A stretch of DNA of 32,378 nucleotides from Octopus bimaculoides (GCF_001194135.2 NC_068989.1:71946439-71978816), one strand, 5' to 3'. Counted from the first letter of the stretch, positions 1 to 11,790 are shown. The notes: generated from the sequence alone by a model not told the origin. Translations and numbers: made by a program.

Positions 1-106
1 AGATGTCCTCCTGGGGCTAAAAGCAACAGTAACATCCACCCCTAGGGGTCAGCCACACTTAAGTGGCAATATACTACACTTTATATATATATATATATAT
101 ATACAT
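1..106. repeat. Terminus of an unclassified (TA)n-anchored interspersed repeat, followed by (TA)n
   Basis: The reverse complement of about 26-85 (TATAAAGTGTAGTATATTGCCACTTAAGTGTGGCTGACCCCTAGGGGTGGATGTTACTG) matches 20301-20359 almost exactly. Both copies abut (TA)n. Confidence 0.75.
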
Positions 107-109
107 ATA

Positions 110-930
110 ATTTTTTTTTTAGAATGAGATAAAAAAAACCAAGGCTGTGAAGATTTTAGAACATTTATAAATAGAAGGTCTTACAGCTGTTTTCATGATA
201 TTTATTATATCGGAGACGGTGTGAGAAGATGGTTAAGCAATAGTTAATTTAGATAAGATACGAAATAGAGAGTGAAGCGAATGAATGAAAATAGATGTGA
301 GATATGCAGGGATATTGTATTTGTAGATCCATTATTTAGGCAGAATGGTATACATATAAGATTCCAATACCTTGTGAGTAAATTCCAATTTAAAATTGGT
401 TATTGTAAATTCCAACAGTATATAAAATTGGTCAATCCAAGTATAGTGTTTGTATACAGTGCTATTAAAACGAAGGTTTTATTTAAAGTGACCTAAAAGT
501 AGGGAATGTATTTGTAAGGTCAAATCGAAAACAGGAAGAGAAGAATAAAGTAAAGAAAGGAAAAAAGAAAAACAAGGAGAGAGATAATAAAGAGATGAAG
601 AGAGGGGAAGTGTACCAGTTAGTGGTCAGTCAAGATAACTTGAAAGTAGGAATGGGGAGATGAGGGTGATAGAGAGAGAAAGGTATTAGAGTGTAATAAA
701 GGTGATAGGGTAAAGAGTAAAGGTGTGTCAGATAGAAGAAATGGGGGTGATATAGAGAGAGAGGTATAATAGTGTAAAGGGTAAAGGAGTGTCAGTTATG
801 TAGTGATAAGAGTTTAAGTGATGGGGAAGAGAGAGGGGTAGTAGTATGGAATGAAGAATTTAGGAATATAGATTAGGTGGTTGGACAGGTCAGTGCTTAA
901 TAGTAGAAGAAAGTATATATGTGAAGATGT
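110..930 (-). mobile_element. Degenerate Penelope-like element (PLE) remnant: GIY-YIG C-terminal-like coding remnant and 3' terminal region
   Basis: The minus strand reads NSTVYKHY..F.IL..HKVLESYM followed by a frameshifted LNNGSTNTISLHI, resembling PLE endonuclease C-termini. A GAAAACAGCTGTA hammerhead-like 3' half lies at about 182-194 and an A-rich end at about 111-121. The upstream part is strongly strand-skewed. Confidence 0.45.
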
Positions 931-940
931 ATTCAGATGC

Positions 941-1570
941 GTCTATAGTGATGATTGTCCCGCCACCCTCCTTCAATCGGACAAGTAAAGCAGTTTTCTT
1001 TTGCCTGGTGTCTGTGGCAAAAGAAGTCGTTTACTGGACGAGGCTGAAAGGCATGAGGACAGATGCATTCCTCTTTGGTAGAGGTCTCAAGTTTCAATTC
1101 TTCAAGTTTCAGTTGAAGAAGAAATTGAGGGTGGAGAGGGAAGTGCTGTCCTCGAGTGATTTTATTGAAAGGTGAGTGAAAGTTGCGAAAATGGCAAGAG
1201 TGGATGGTACTTCTCTATGTGTAGACCTGTGAGTCAGAGAGAGGGAATTGGAGAGGGCACTTGCCCTTAGTGTTTAGCATCTTGGACAGTGGGGTTCCTC
1301 GATTATACCTAGAGGTCATCCTGTATCAGGAGGGCTACATCTCTATTATCCTCACTTTTTTTTCTTTAAACCTTTGTATACTATGTATATTTCCCTTCCT
1401 TTTCATTATATACCGCGTATACTTACATTTTGTTTTGTTACTTATTTAATTATTTTATAGTTTCATTATCCATAAACCCCGACACTTTATGTCTGTCTTT
1501 GTATTGTACCCCTCCTCCTTCGCCCTGGTAGCAAATAAATGAAATCATCATCAACATTATTACTATTATT
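941..1570 (+). mobile_element. 5'-truncated L1/Tx1-like LINE: ORF2 C-terminus, 3' UTR and (ATC/ATT)n tail
   Basis: Encodes SIVMIVPPPSFNRTSKAVFFCLVSVAKEVVYWTRLKG...ERWVKVAKMARVDG, homologous to the copies at 5500-5770 and 12130-12430. It ends GCAAATAAATGAAATCATCATC...ATTATT. Confidence 0.85.
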
Positions 1571-2774
1571 GGTTGTTCGTGTCTCGACAAGAGTTACATA
1601 TCGCTCCTGTAAGTTTAGCTTTATTTTCCTTGTTAAAGTCTATTATTTGTTGTTGTTTTGGTACATTGTGTATCTGTTGTTGAGCAGACCATAGGGGTCT
1701 GAATAGGAACGTTTGTTGTCTGTCCTAAGGGGCGAAATTTCGAAAGGAAAGTTTTTCTTTCGGAAATTTTTTTTCAAATATCAGTATGGCGGAACTCTTG
1801 TCAAACAAGCAGTATGTGAGAGTGGCGGTCACAGGTAAGAGATCAGTGTCTTTCTGCTTCTGCTAGCCAAGCTACTTCGTCTTAGCCACAAGACATAGAA
1901 AGTGGTAGCAAGAACGACAACAACAGTAGCAGAGTAGAGTTTGAAAGTAACTTTCCTTTGCTTCCAGCACCGCCATCGCAGCAGGGCAAAGTGGTGACCA
2001 ACAGCACCCGTGAGAACGTTGTCACCTCTGCTGCCGCCACCACCACCACCACCACCAGTGGCAGCAGTAAGCTAGCAATGACAGACAAAATTATTAAAGA
2101 AAAACGAACGAACGAATATAAGTTTCAAACCCAAGAGTACGGGGTTCGCAACAGCTACAGGCGAAATGTGCAAGGAGATTTTTCTGCATGGAGATTAGTA
2201 TAGGGTTGCCAGAAATATGTTAAGAAAAGTTGGGAGAAGCATTGAACTAACTGTACCCGCACCTGTCTAGTACAAGTTTGCAGACGATTATATAAAAAGT
2301 GATTGGCAGAAGGAGCATAAAGATAATACCAGACTATATAACTCTGTCGGACGGTAGAAAGCCTCACGCATCTGCTGAGGGCAGAAGACCGAGATGTCAC
2401 CTATGCGGGGAGACAAACCACCTCAAGGACTTTTGCCCACAGCAAGGGAAGCCAACACCAGAACCATGGCCACCACCACCACCAACAACAACAACTACAG
2501 AAACACACAAAACAAAAACGACCTCAAATCACTGCAAACAGTCTCAGAAGTACCCCTCCCTCTCTTTAGATCAATCAGACGTGTCCTGCAATGAGGAGGA
2601 GGGGGATGAGCCGAACTGGCATAGAACGTAGGATGGACTTTAGAGTCTACCTCGCAGCGAAATGCCGATAAATGTTCGATGGGCTGCACAGGGAGAAAAT
2701 CACCTGGTTTAAATGGTCTACCTTACGAGATTTACTATTATATGCCAGACTTGCTTGGGAACCTTTTAGCCGAT

Positions 2775-3035
2775 TATTTACATTATTTACATTTGAAGGA
2801 TATTTGTCCTCATCTTGTTTGTTGTTAACACAACGTTTTGGCTGATATACCCTCCAGCCTTCATCAGGTGTCCTGGGGAAATTTCGAACCTGGGTTCTTA
2901 TTCCTAAGGTATTTTTCGATGTTGTTGTTGCTGTTGTTCAGGTCACTACCTGGAATTTTGGGGTTAATGGCCCGCGATCATAGCTAGATGAGGACAAATA
3001 TCCGTCAAATGTAAATAATGTACATAATTCCTCAT
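2775..3035 (-). mobile_element. Penelope-like terminal fragment inserted into the RT of LINE A, with a 12-bp target-site duplication and an inverted terminal duplication
   Basis: CTTTTAGCCGAT occurs at 2763-2774 and 3036-3047, and the RT frame resumes after it. 2774-2815 and 2986-3027 are inverted copies (40/42). The same family is at 29441-30146. Confidence 0.85.
2827..2872 (-). ncRNA. Hammerhead ribozyme-like motif, probably inactive (GAAA changed to AAAA)
   Basis: Minus strand GACAC-CTGATGA-A-GGCTG GAGGGTATAT CAGCC-AAAA-CGTT-GTGTT. It differs from the 29488-29533 motif at catalytic G12 and at one loop base. Confidence 0.65.
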
Positions 3036-3270
3036 CTTTTAGCCGATATCTACCGCAACTAGCAGCAGAACGGGAGAATTCCTAGTTCTGTGGCACTACT
3101 GAGAAAGGATCCAAACAAGGGGGATCAAGTAGAAAAGTTTCGGCCCATAACGCTACTAAACGCAGAAAATCCTCGAAGTCTATCTGAGAGATAACAATAG
3201 AGGTCCTCATCCAGACCAGTCACATGAATGTAGATGTCATCGCAGACGATATTCATTTTTCTTGAGGCAG

Positions 3271-3397
3271 TGTCATTCTAGTCAGAGTGGATGGGAGGAA
3301 GGCAAAGGGCCACATTTGCCTTTCAACCTCTCATCTAAAAGCTTTCTTCCTTAGATTGAGGGAAAAAGTAAAGCGGACACCTCTCCTCCCAAAACTC

Positions 3398-3432
<35 letters not shown>

Positions 3433-6196
3433 GCAACAGCAACGGCAACAGCAACAACAACAATACAAAGTAATGAGACTAGCATTATGAATTCATGGCA
3501 ATAAACACAAAAAACGGAGATTTTATGAATTACATAGAAACACACACCGATATAACAAACAGATTTAGTTACACTCTCAATCATCCTACCAACACATGCA
3601 CAATTCGTTCAAACACAAAACACGTACAAGCACCTAAAAACCAAATACCCACAGGAAATCGGAAATTTCTGTGGGTACACCTCCAAGAGAATACTTGGTG
3701 ATTTGCTGGTGGGAACGCCAAAATCCAACAGAAGGGACAGACAAACTGCTCGTCCCAACAAAATCAAGTAAGTTTTCTTTTCCTTTCTTTTTCTTTTTCC
3801 GACAACATGGTCGTGCACAGAATAGGCAGCGTGAATGCACATGGCCTGAGCTCGTCTTAGAAGCGGGGTTACCTGCCCAACAACCTCAGAGCACTGGATA
3901 ACGATGTGATGGCCATTAATGAAACCAGAATTTCCGACTCACGGGACTTCCAACCTATTTTCGGTGACTGTGGGGTGTACGCATCTCCAAGTCGTCCGGG
4001 AGAAGGAGGTGGAGTCGCCCTGATGGTTCGGAAAAAAACCTGGATCTTGCAATACGGACGATCTTCCTGTATCCAGAAGGTAAGTCAGTGGTACCGGATG
4101 TAACCGGCATGAAGGACAATTTCAGGTTAGTTGCCGTCTATGCCTCGACAGGAGCAGGGCGACCAGATTTCTTCAGGCGCCTGGAAACTTTTCTGGGAAC
4201 GTCCCGCTCTTTAGTGTTATTGGGAGATTGGAACAAAGTGTTAGATGTATGTAGGACTCTGTGTGTTTAGCAGACAGGGGAGGAGGGTGAAAAAGCCTCG
4301 CAAACCTGCTCAGACGATTCCAACTGTCTGACAAGTATCGACTAGATTTCCCTGATGTGGCAGTGTGAAACTGGTCAAACCGCATCGGGTCATCCAGATC
4401 GTATCTTGATAGAGTATTCTGTAGAGAAGCAGATAAGGATAGCACAGGCTGACCACAATTTAGGGTAGTTGACTACACAGACCACAAGTTCGTGATCTGT
4501 ACAGTCGACTCCATAGGCTCCATAGACAGGGTCCCGGTTACTATAAGCTGAACGCACTGTTGCCGGCGTGCTAAGATTTCAGAGACCGGATTAGTGATGG
4601 TTCGCATTAAAAATGGCGATTAGAATAGAATCGATAAAGTTTAGCACAAAGACTGGCAGTAGGAAAAAAAAAAAAAAAAAGAGTAGAAGCAGAGTTAGTT
4701 AGGAAATCAGATGAGGCCTTTAGAAAAGGCATCGTGACCGACATGCCCGCAGCAAAATTGGTATTCGAAGGTTGCGTTGTCAGAGCTAAGGCGCGCGCAC
4801 TTAGACAGGAAGGGACGAAAGCCGTTCAATGGGCCCAAGTGGCAGGGGCATGGCGTGGAAATAAATACACGATCCGATCTTTATCGGACCACAACTGGTA
4901 AACGATAATCAATCCGAAACAAGTGTGTGCATCTTTTCAGCGGCGCTTCGCACAACTGCTCGGGAGTAGCGGTGAACCGGGTCGCAGGATAGACTTCACT
5001 TCCTACCTCGACGGGCTGCCGCGACGCTGCGAAAGGCCTATAAACAGCCTTTGAAATACTGGAAGCAAAGGCTAGCTGCTCGAGGGGTAAATCGCCTGGT
5101 TTGGATGGTCTGCCCTACGAGATTTACGCTTACATGCCAGACTTGTTCGATGACCACTTGGCAAACATTTACTGCAACTGGCAACAGAATGGGAGAAGAC
5201 ATTCTTGGGGAGACCTTGGGTACCGAAGAAGATCAACTAGCCGCTCTTTTTCGGAGAACTTTCGACCCGAGACCGATGGATAATTTCCAAGAATCTCTGG
5301 TATGGTAGTGCTACTGGGGAACTTTGCCTGATTGAGATAAACTATACAGGCACTGAAGTGCCGTCAGCTGAGTATGTCCGAGATGTACGCCGGACGACGA
5401 AACCGTTCTGCATGCACTCATTCAGTTCCCGATCATTGCTGACCTGTGGATTTATGTCGAATACCCGTTGTCGCTTGTGGGATGGACCTGGCTGTCAACA
5501 GAATTCATCGTGAAGATCGCTTCGCCGCCTTCGATTAACCAGGAAGGGTAGGCTGTCTTTGAATGCCTGGTGACCATGGCGAAAGAGGTTGAGTGGTAGA
5601 CGAGACTAAAAGGGCTGAAGACAAACACTTTTCTCTTTGGCCAATCCTTGATCAACTTCATCAAGTTTCACTTGAAGAGAAAAATAAGGGCAGAGAGGGA
5701 AGTGTTGCCTTCAAGCCAACTTGCTGAAAGGTGGATGAAAGTGGCAAGAATGGTGCGAGTGAACGGGCAGCCCTGAGCATACGCCTGTAATTGGAGAAAA
5801 GGAGAGAAAGGAAAGGAGAAAAGGTACCTTCCCCAAAAGTCAGGGCACCCCTGGTTTTATGGGGTCTTTCCATAAGTAGCCCTCGACGTCTCATCCCTAT
5901 CGAGGATTACACAGTTAATTTTTTTCCCATCATGTTAATCTTGTTTACATGCAAAACCCTCACAACAAACACTCACACACATACACACAAACACATATTT
6001 GTTTTGTCCTGAACTGTCCGTAATGTTTTTCTTAACGTAAACCCTTTGTGGTTAATAAAGGAAACCTTTTTTTAATAATTATTTTATCACTTCATTATAT
6101 GTAACTTCCCATACTTTATATCTGTCTTTGTATTGAACGTCTCATCCTTCGTCTTGGTGGCAAATAAACGAAATCATCATCATTATTGTTATTATT
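3271..6196 (+). mobile_element. L1/Tx1-like LINE B: partial ORF1 with (CAA)n, APE endonuclease, RT largely deleted, C-terminal Cys/His region and 3' UTR
   Basis: The APE start is at 3807. GLDGLPYEIY lies near 5095-5127 and then joins directly to the C-terminal region at about 5197. The 3' end GGCAAATAAACGAAATCATCATC is at about 6159-6181. Confidence 0.85.
3807..4540 (+). pseudogene. Decayed APE-type endonuclease domain of LINE ORF2
   Basis: MVVHRIGSVNAHGL...DVMAINETR...GGVALMVRK...LVAVYASTG...LVLLGDWN, then an SRxDRILI/DHKFV-like motif, with in-frame stops and frameshifts. Confidence 0.85.
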
Positions 6197-6408
6197 GGCC
6201 AACTGGCAGAATCGTTAGTGCGCTGGACAAAATGCTTAGCGGTATTTCGCCCGTCGCCTCATTCTGAGTTCAAATTCCACCGAGTTTGACTTTACCTTTC
6301 ACCTTTTAGGGTTGATAAAATAAGTACCAGTTGAAGACTGGTGTCGATGTAATCAACTCATCCTCTTCCCCAAAATTGCTACCCTTGTGGAAAAATTTGA
6401 AACAATTA
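6197..6408 (+). mobile_element. tRNA-derived SINE, family 1 (tail type A)
   Basis: A-box-like TGGCAGAATCGTTAG and B-box-like GAGTTCAAATTCC, plus the shared central block CTTTCA.CTTT..GGGT.GATAAAATAAGTACCAG found in more than ten copies in this window. Confidence 0.9.
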
Positions 6409-6410
6409 TG

Positions 6411-6642
6411 AAGGCGGCAAGTTGGCAGAAACGTTAGCACGCCGGGCGAAATGCTTAGCGGTATTTCGTCTGCCACTGCGTTCTGAGTTCAAATTCCGCC
6501 GCGGTCGACTTTGCCTTTCATCCTTTCGGGGTCGATAAATTAAGTACCAGTTGCGTACTGGGGTCGATATAATCGACTTAATCCGTTTGTCTGTCCTTGT
6601 TTGTCCCCTCTGCGTGTAGCCCCTTGTGGGCAGTAAAGAAAT
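6411..6642 (+). mobile_element. tRNA-derived SINE, family 1 (tail type B)
   Basis: Full head AAGGCGGCAAGTTGGCAGAAACGTTAGC and the central block. The tail is TCTGTCCTTGTTTGTCCCCTCTG..GCCCCTTGTGGGCAGTAAAGAAATA. Confidence 0.92.
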
Positions 6643-6815
6643 AGGTATTTCGTCCATCGCTCCGTTCTGAGCTTAAATTTCACTGAGGTCGACTTTGCCT
6701 TTCATCCTTTCGGGGTCGATAAATTAAGTACCAGTTGAAGACTTGGATCGATGTAATCGACTCATCCCCTCCCCTAAAATTACTGCCCTTGTGGAAAAAT
6801 TTTAAATCATTATTA
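6643..6815 (+). mobile_element. 5'-truncated family 1 SINE (tail type A)
   Basis: Starts at GGTATTTCG, carries the central block and ends in (ATT)n. Confidence 0.88.
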
Positions 6816-6819
6816 TTTT

Positions 6820-7703
6820 TGAATGTCGTCAGGCGCTCACAGCCATCTACCAGTCGGGCAATGGGATCCGTGGATGTTCCGCTTTAGAAATTTATAGAGG
6901 ATTAGTAACGGGGAAGTGCAACGATGTTTTCAGGGAGACTCTGGGCGCCGATGAGAACAAACTGGCAAGTCTGTTTCGGAGGACTTTCCGGTCGGGAACT
7001 ATCATGGATAATTTCCAGATGTCTTTGGCCTGGTATTGCTACCGGGTGGCGCTACCAGTTCGAGATACCGGCACGGGCTTGACCGACGGACTTGTCCGAG
7101 GTGCACGCAGAGTGACGAAACCGTTCTGTATGCACTCGTTCAGTGTCCGGACATTGTTGACTTGTGGGGTTATNNNNNNNNNNNNNNNNNNNNNNNNNNN
7201 NNNNNNNNNNNNNNNNNNNNNNNNNNNNNNNNNNNNNNNNNNNNNNNNNNNNNNNNNNNNNNNNNNNNNNNNNNNNNNNNNNNNNNNNNNNNNNNNNNNN
7301 NNNNNNNNNNNNNNNNNNNNNNNNNNNNNNNNNNNNNNNNNNNNNNNNNNNNNNNNNNNNNNNNNNNNNNNNNNNNNNNNNNNNNNNNNNNNNNNNNNNN
7401 NNNNNNNNNNNNNNNNNNNNNNNNNNNNNNNGACAGTGGGGTTCCTCGATTATCTCTAGAGGCCTTTCCTGTATCAGGAGGGCCACATCTCATCCTCCCT
7501 GCCACTTTAAAAAAAACAACCTTTGTATGTTATGTATATGTGCATTCTTTTTCAGTGTATACTGCGTATGCTTACTCTCTCTTCCTTTCCCTTTTTTTAA
7601 TTATCATTTCATTATATGTAAACCCCAACACTTTATGTCTGTCTTTGTATTGCCCCCTTCATCCTTCGCCCTGGTTGCAAATAAACGAAATCATTATTAT
7701 TAT
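6820..7703 (+). mobile_element. 5'-truncated L1/Tx1-like LINE 3' end (contains gap 7174-7431)
   Basis: MDNFQMSLAWYCYRVALPVR and CPRCTQSDETVLYALVQCP (C-terminal Cys/His region). The 3' UTR is homologous to 1290-1570. Confidence 0.85.
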
Positions 7704-7920
7704 TGAGTGGCGAGAATCGTTAGCACGCGCCGGGCAAAATGAATGCTTAGCGGTATTTCGTCCGCCCTGACGTTCTGAGTTCAAATTCCACCGGGGCCGA
7801 CTTTGCCTTTCATCCATTCGGGGTCGATTAATAAGTTACGCATTGGGTCGATGTAATCGACTTCACCCCTTCCACCAAATGTCAGGCCTTGTGCCTAGAG
7901 TAGAAAGGATCATTATCATT
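7704..7920 (+). mobile_element. Family 1 SINE
   Basis: Head GAATCGTTAGCACG, B-box, central block, and tail GGCCTTGTGCCTAGAGTAGAAAGGATCATTATCATT. Confidence 0.88.
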
Positions 7921-7995
7921 GCCGTCAGCTGCGTAAGCCATACTGACCTCATCTACGTATTTTGTTTATGAAAAATCTCTATTTCCTCTGCTTTC

Positions 7996-8334
7996 ATGTC
8001 ATTCTGGACCAGAGTGAGGAATAGGGAAACCTTACTTTGCTGTTGAGTTCCTATTTCTTTTTCTTTTTTTTCTTTTTTTTTTTTTAATCTAAAGTTCCCC
8101 CTATTTCTTGTAAAACTTACCGATATTATTTACACGGTGGAAAATTTTTTTAACTTTTCAAAATGGCAACAATAATAATAATGCTCGAGAAAGAATCAGT
8201 TGTCAATGAGAGAGCGGGAGGACATGATTCATAGAGAGAGCAATTGCATTTCGCCTGTTGACCTTGCTACTGAAAAGGCAACATTGGCAGCCAGACATAG
8301 CGAAAAGCCCAACACCACCACCACCACCATCACT

Positions 8335-8404
<70 letters not shown>

Positions 8405-8671
8405 CCACCACCACCACCACCACCGTCGTCGCCATCACCACCATCACTTCGAATAGCAACAGCAGCAATAACGAGGACAACAACAACAGCAACAACAGCA
8501 CCAGCGGTAGCGACAGCAACCGCAATGCCAACAATTTTGTTCAGGAGAAGCAGGACAAAGTTTTCGAGAAGGAAAACGAAACCACGTCCTCCTCTGCCAA
8601 CACTCGCCGCCGCAGTCGCAGTCGCAGTCGCCGTCGCCGCAGTCACCGCCGCCGCCGCCGCCGCCGCCGCC

Positions 8672-8707
<36 letters not shown>

Positions 8708-9110
8708 AGAAAACCAGCGTTTCTTTTGCTAAAGTTACTCAACAGAGATGCTTAGCGCACTCTTTCGTCACTAATTTCGGTCTAATCTTCCGGAAATGCT
8801 TGCTAAAGCTCAATCTTCTCGTACTGCCACCAGGAGAAAAAGATAAGATCACAAAAAGAACTGTGATTCTAAATGAGAAATCCAGACGGATCGAAAATCC
8901 GACTCCATGTAGGCAGAAAAATGTCTGAAAGAGGTTTGGGAGTAGATTTGGCACGTCAGGAAAGCGAAAGAATTTGGATCTCTCGTGGCTATATGCCATA
9001 GCAAAGAGGCAGCGAAAAGGATGGCCATGCACACTTGCTCCTTAGATGAACATATTTTGATCCCATCTTATCTGGGTTACTTTTTACAGTATTTGAAGAC
9101 CCAGCTAGTA
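7996..9110 (+). mobile_element. Probable 5' UTR and ORF1 of another LINE, with in-frame compound trinucleotide expansions
   Basis: The 5' motif GTCATTCTGGACCAGAGTG resembles GTCATTCTAGTCAGAGTG at the start of LINE B (about 3273). A T-rich leader leads to an ATG at 8163. After the repeats come VSFAKV and DKITKRT (compare DKIIKEKRT in LINE A ORF1). Confidence 0.45.
8314..8703. repeat. Compound microsatellite (ACC)n/(AAC)n/(AGC)n/(CGC)n
   Basis: Directly visible; it explains the overlapping low-complexity ORFs on both strands. Confidence 0.97.
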
Positions 9111-9114
9111 AGCC

Positions 9115-10540
9115 AGAAATATGGCACCTTATCTTTACCAGGGGATTTCCACTTATGAATCTTTGTGAATGTCATCCTTAGGTCTGCTATTGTGATGTCT
9201 TCCCATGCTTGTTCTCATAAACTTTGGTAGGATCCTTCTGTGCATCTAATCCAATCTGCAATTTCACTGTATGTCTTTTCATCGATCTAAATATTTTTCT
9301 AAAAGTCTTCAGCTTCTTCCATGGGAGCGGGGTTTCAACGGTTATTTTCTTCCTACGCTATTTCTCTGTAGAATGTTTTCGTATTGGATGTGAACAGCTT
9401 ATTTTGCTTGTAAAATTTGCTTCTTTTCTCAAATCTTCGTAGTTTTTGAGCTTTTACTTGGACTTTTTGTGGCAGTGTTTTTTTTGTTGAAAGCATTTCT
9501 TCTCTTGGTGAGAATCTATATTTTCTTTTCATCTTTTTTCCTTTTCTGGATCTTACATTGTTTCCACAGATTAGTTCATTTTATATTGATATTTCACCTC
9601 TCATTAATTCAATCTCTTTTTCAATTTCACTTCTCCAGTTTGGAATTTTTTCCAGGTTTGGTTTTCTTTGATTTTTCGGGGGCATACAACTTGCTTCAAT
9701 TGTCTTAGTAGACGAGTAAATAATTTCTTGTGACTCAGTAAGATCAAGTTTTGATTTGTGTATGATTTCTTTTGTTACATAGTGACCAATTAAAACTTTT
9801 TTTTTGTATTTTGTATTTTATTTGAGAGTTTATGAAGTAGTTCTCTATCATGCATATTTGCATATCTTACTGTAAGCTTATTCAAGATTTTTTGCTTCAT
9901 TTCTATCATAGACACTATGTTCTTCAGAAAATGTGTGGTCTTCAAATACTGTTTTTTTTTACCACTTTCCTGGTTATCTTTGTCAGGTTCAATACAATTT
10001 ATTTCTTCAGGCCTTTGAATGTTTTGGTCAGATGACAGTCTTTCAATTAAGACTCGTGGAGGGTTGCTCACTTCATCTGATTCTTCATTTTCTTCCTGCC
10101 TTATATTTAGATCATTTTCCACTTCGTGCTTGATCGCAGTTATTTCACTATCTGTGAGTCTATTATTCCTAAAGATGTCCCTCCTAACATTTGCTAACTT
10201 GTTTTCTACCAAATAGGGTTTGCTGCCTTGATTTCGTGTTCTCCATATTTGATAAGAGTTTGCGGTGTGTCTCTCTTGAGATGGCTTACCAAATGCATAG
10301 TAATAAGCACATGTTACTTCTTTATGTTCTTTACAGGTGTATTTGATCCTCTTACATTTTCTTACTGGAGTGGCTGTGGTGGTGAACTTAGAGGGCACAA
10401 ATTGGGGCAGTTCCCGTTCAAGTGACCATCCAGGTTCGTATTCAGAGATGAATTTGTGCCAGTGGATGACTTTTCGACTCTAAGCTAGCTCTCTCCTGAG
10501 GGACGCGTTTCCAGATTAACCATAGGACAAGCGATTTGGT
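9115..10540 (-). mobile_element. 5' half of an R4/Dong-like RLE non-LTR retrotransposon, decayed and ending at the RT start
   Basis: CAYYYAFGKPSQ..SYQIWRTRN..NKLANVRRDIFRNNRLTDSEITAIK, then NKLFTSNTKTFYR, WI, and DIT..L...HKWKSPGKDKVP-FWL, which is the R4/Dong N-terminal to pre-RT motif series. Confidence 0.75.
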
Positions 10541-11258
10541 GTTACAGTTTTAATTTTCCTTTTTGTTTCGGAAGATATTTTGTGCTACATTAATATTATT
10601 AATATTGATCCCTGTGTGGCTGATGTAGAAACAGTTATTAGCTCTATCACTATTGTCACCTCTGCCATGATTACCATTAAAATTATCTCTTCCATGCCAT
10701 TACAGCAGCATTGGCCATCGTTAGTTACCAGCACTGTCGCAGTCTCAATCCACGCGGCCACGCTTTGTAGCCATGGCAAGTGTTGCTGTTATCATTGTTG
10801 CTATGAGCTGCTGCTGAGGACAGGCATAATCAAATTAAATCTGTCAGGTTTGCTCCTACAACTGTGAAGGATTATTAAATGTTTAGTTTCGACTTTTACC
10901 TTGTACTTGAGATAATCATAAATAGATGAGGGTTCGTGGGAGGAAGAGAAGCAGCCTAGTGGACACAGCCAAATTACACCAGTCTGTAAAGAGGTCCAGC
11001 AAATGCTGACAAAGAGATCAACAACGGCGCAGGCGCACCTCTGTGGGATCAACAAAGGAGCGATCATATCCATGAAGTCAGCAGAGGTCAAATATGTGTT
11101 TAGTACCACAGCGGTCTATGAGAGCGGTGGGAGATCTTGGAGAGAACCAACCCACCTTGTTCTGTTTTAATTACCGATGGAACTTTCAATACATCTCGAC
11201 GCTTCTAAAGCAACCTTTGTTTGCTGACTTTCAACGTAAGCTGAATTTCACACACACG

Positions 11259-11322
<64 letters not shown>

Positions 11323-11790
11323 NNNNNNNNNNNNNNNNNNNNNNNNNNNNNNNNNNNNNNNNNNNNNNNNNNNNNNNNNNNNNNNNNNNNNNNNNNNNNN
11401 NNNNNNNNNNNNNNNNNNNNNNNNNNNNNNNNNNNNNNNNNNNNNNNNNNNNNNNNNNNNNNNNNNNNNNNNNNNNNNNNNNNNNNNNNNNNNNNNNNNN
11501 NNNNNNNNNNNNNNNNNNNNNNNNNNNNNNNNNNNNNNNNNNNNNNNNNNNNNNNNNNNNNNNNNNNNNNNNNNNNNNNNNNNNNNNNNNNNNNNNNNNN
11601 NNNNNNNNNNNNNNNNNNNNNNNNNNNNNNNNNNNNNNNNNNNNNNNNNNNNNNNNNNNNNNNNNNNNNNNNNNNNNNNNNNNNNNNNNNNNNNNNNNNN
11701 NNNNNNNNNNNNNNNNNNNNNNNNNNNNNNNNNNNNNNNNNNNNNNNNNNNNNNNNNNNNNNNNNNNNNNNNNNNNNNNNNNNNNNNNNC

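Larger units (their letters stand above)
1571..3270 (+). mobile_element. L1/Tx1-like LINE A: 5' UTR, decayed ORF1 with CCHC knuckle, and reverse-transcriptase fragments
   Basis: ATG at 1786. IPDYITLSDGRK..EGRRPR is followed by the CX2CX4HX4C knuckle CHLCGETNHLKDFC (2395-2436). The RT pre-domain KSPGLNGLPYEIY starts at 2697, and FRPITLLNAE lies at about 3139-3168. Stops and deletions are present. Confidence 0.8.

Noticed and set aside
921-5308. LINE-derived ORFs as intact protein-coding genes
   Set aside because: All are fragments broken by stops, frameshifts and deletions; there is no intact ORF2 or transposase in the window.
8203-8755. Overlapping poly-Ala/Val/Leu/Thr ORFs on both strands
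   Set aside because: Stop-free trinucleotide repeats stay open in several frames.
10930-11200. About 80 open codons with a faint RTE-like RT flavour (DKEINN)
   Set aside because: The motifs are split across frames and too weak to call without a search.
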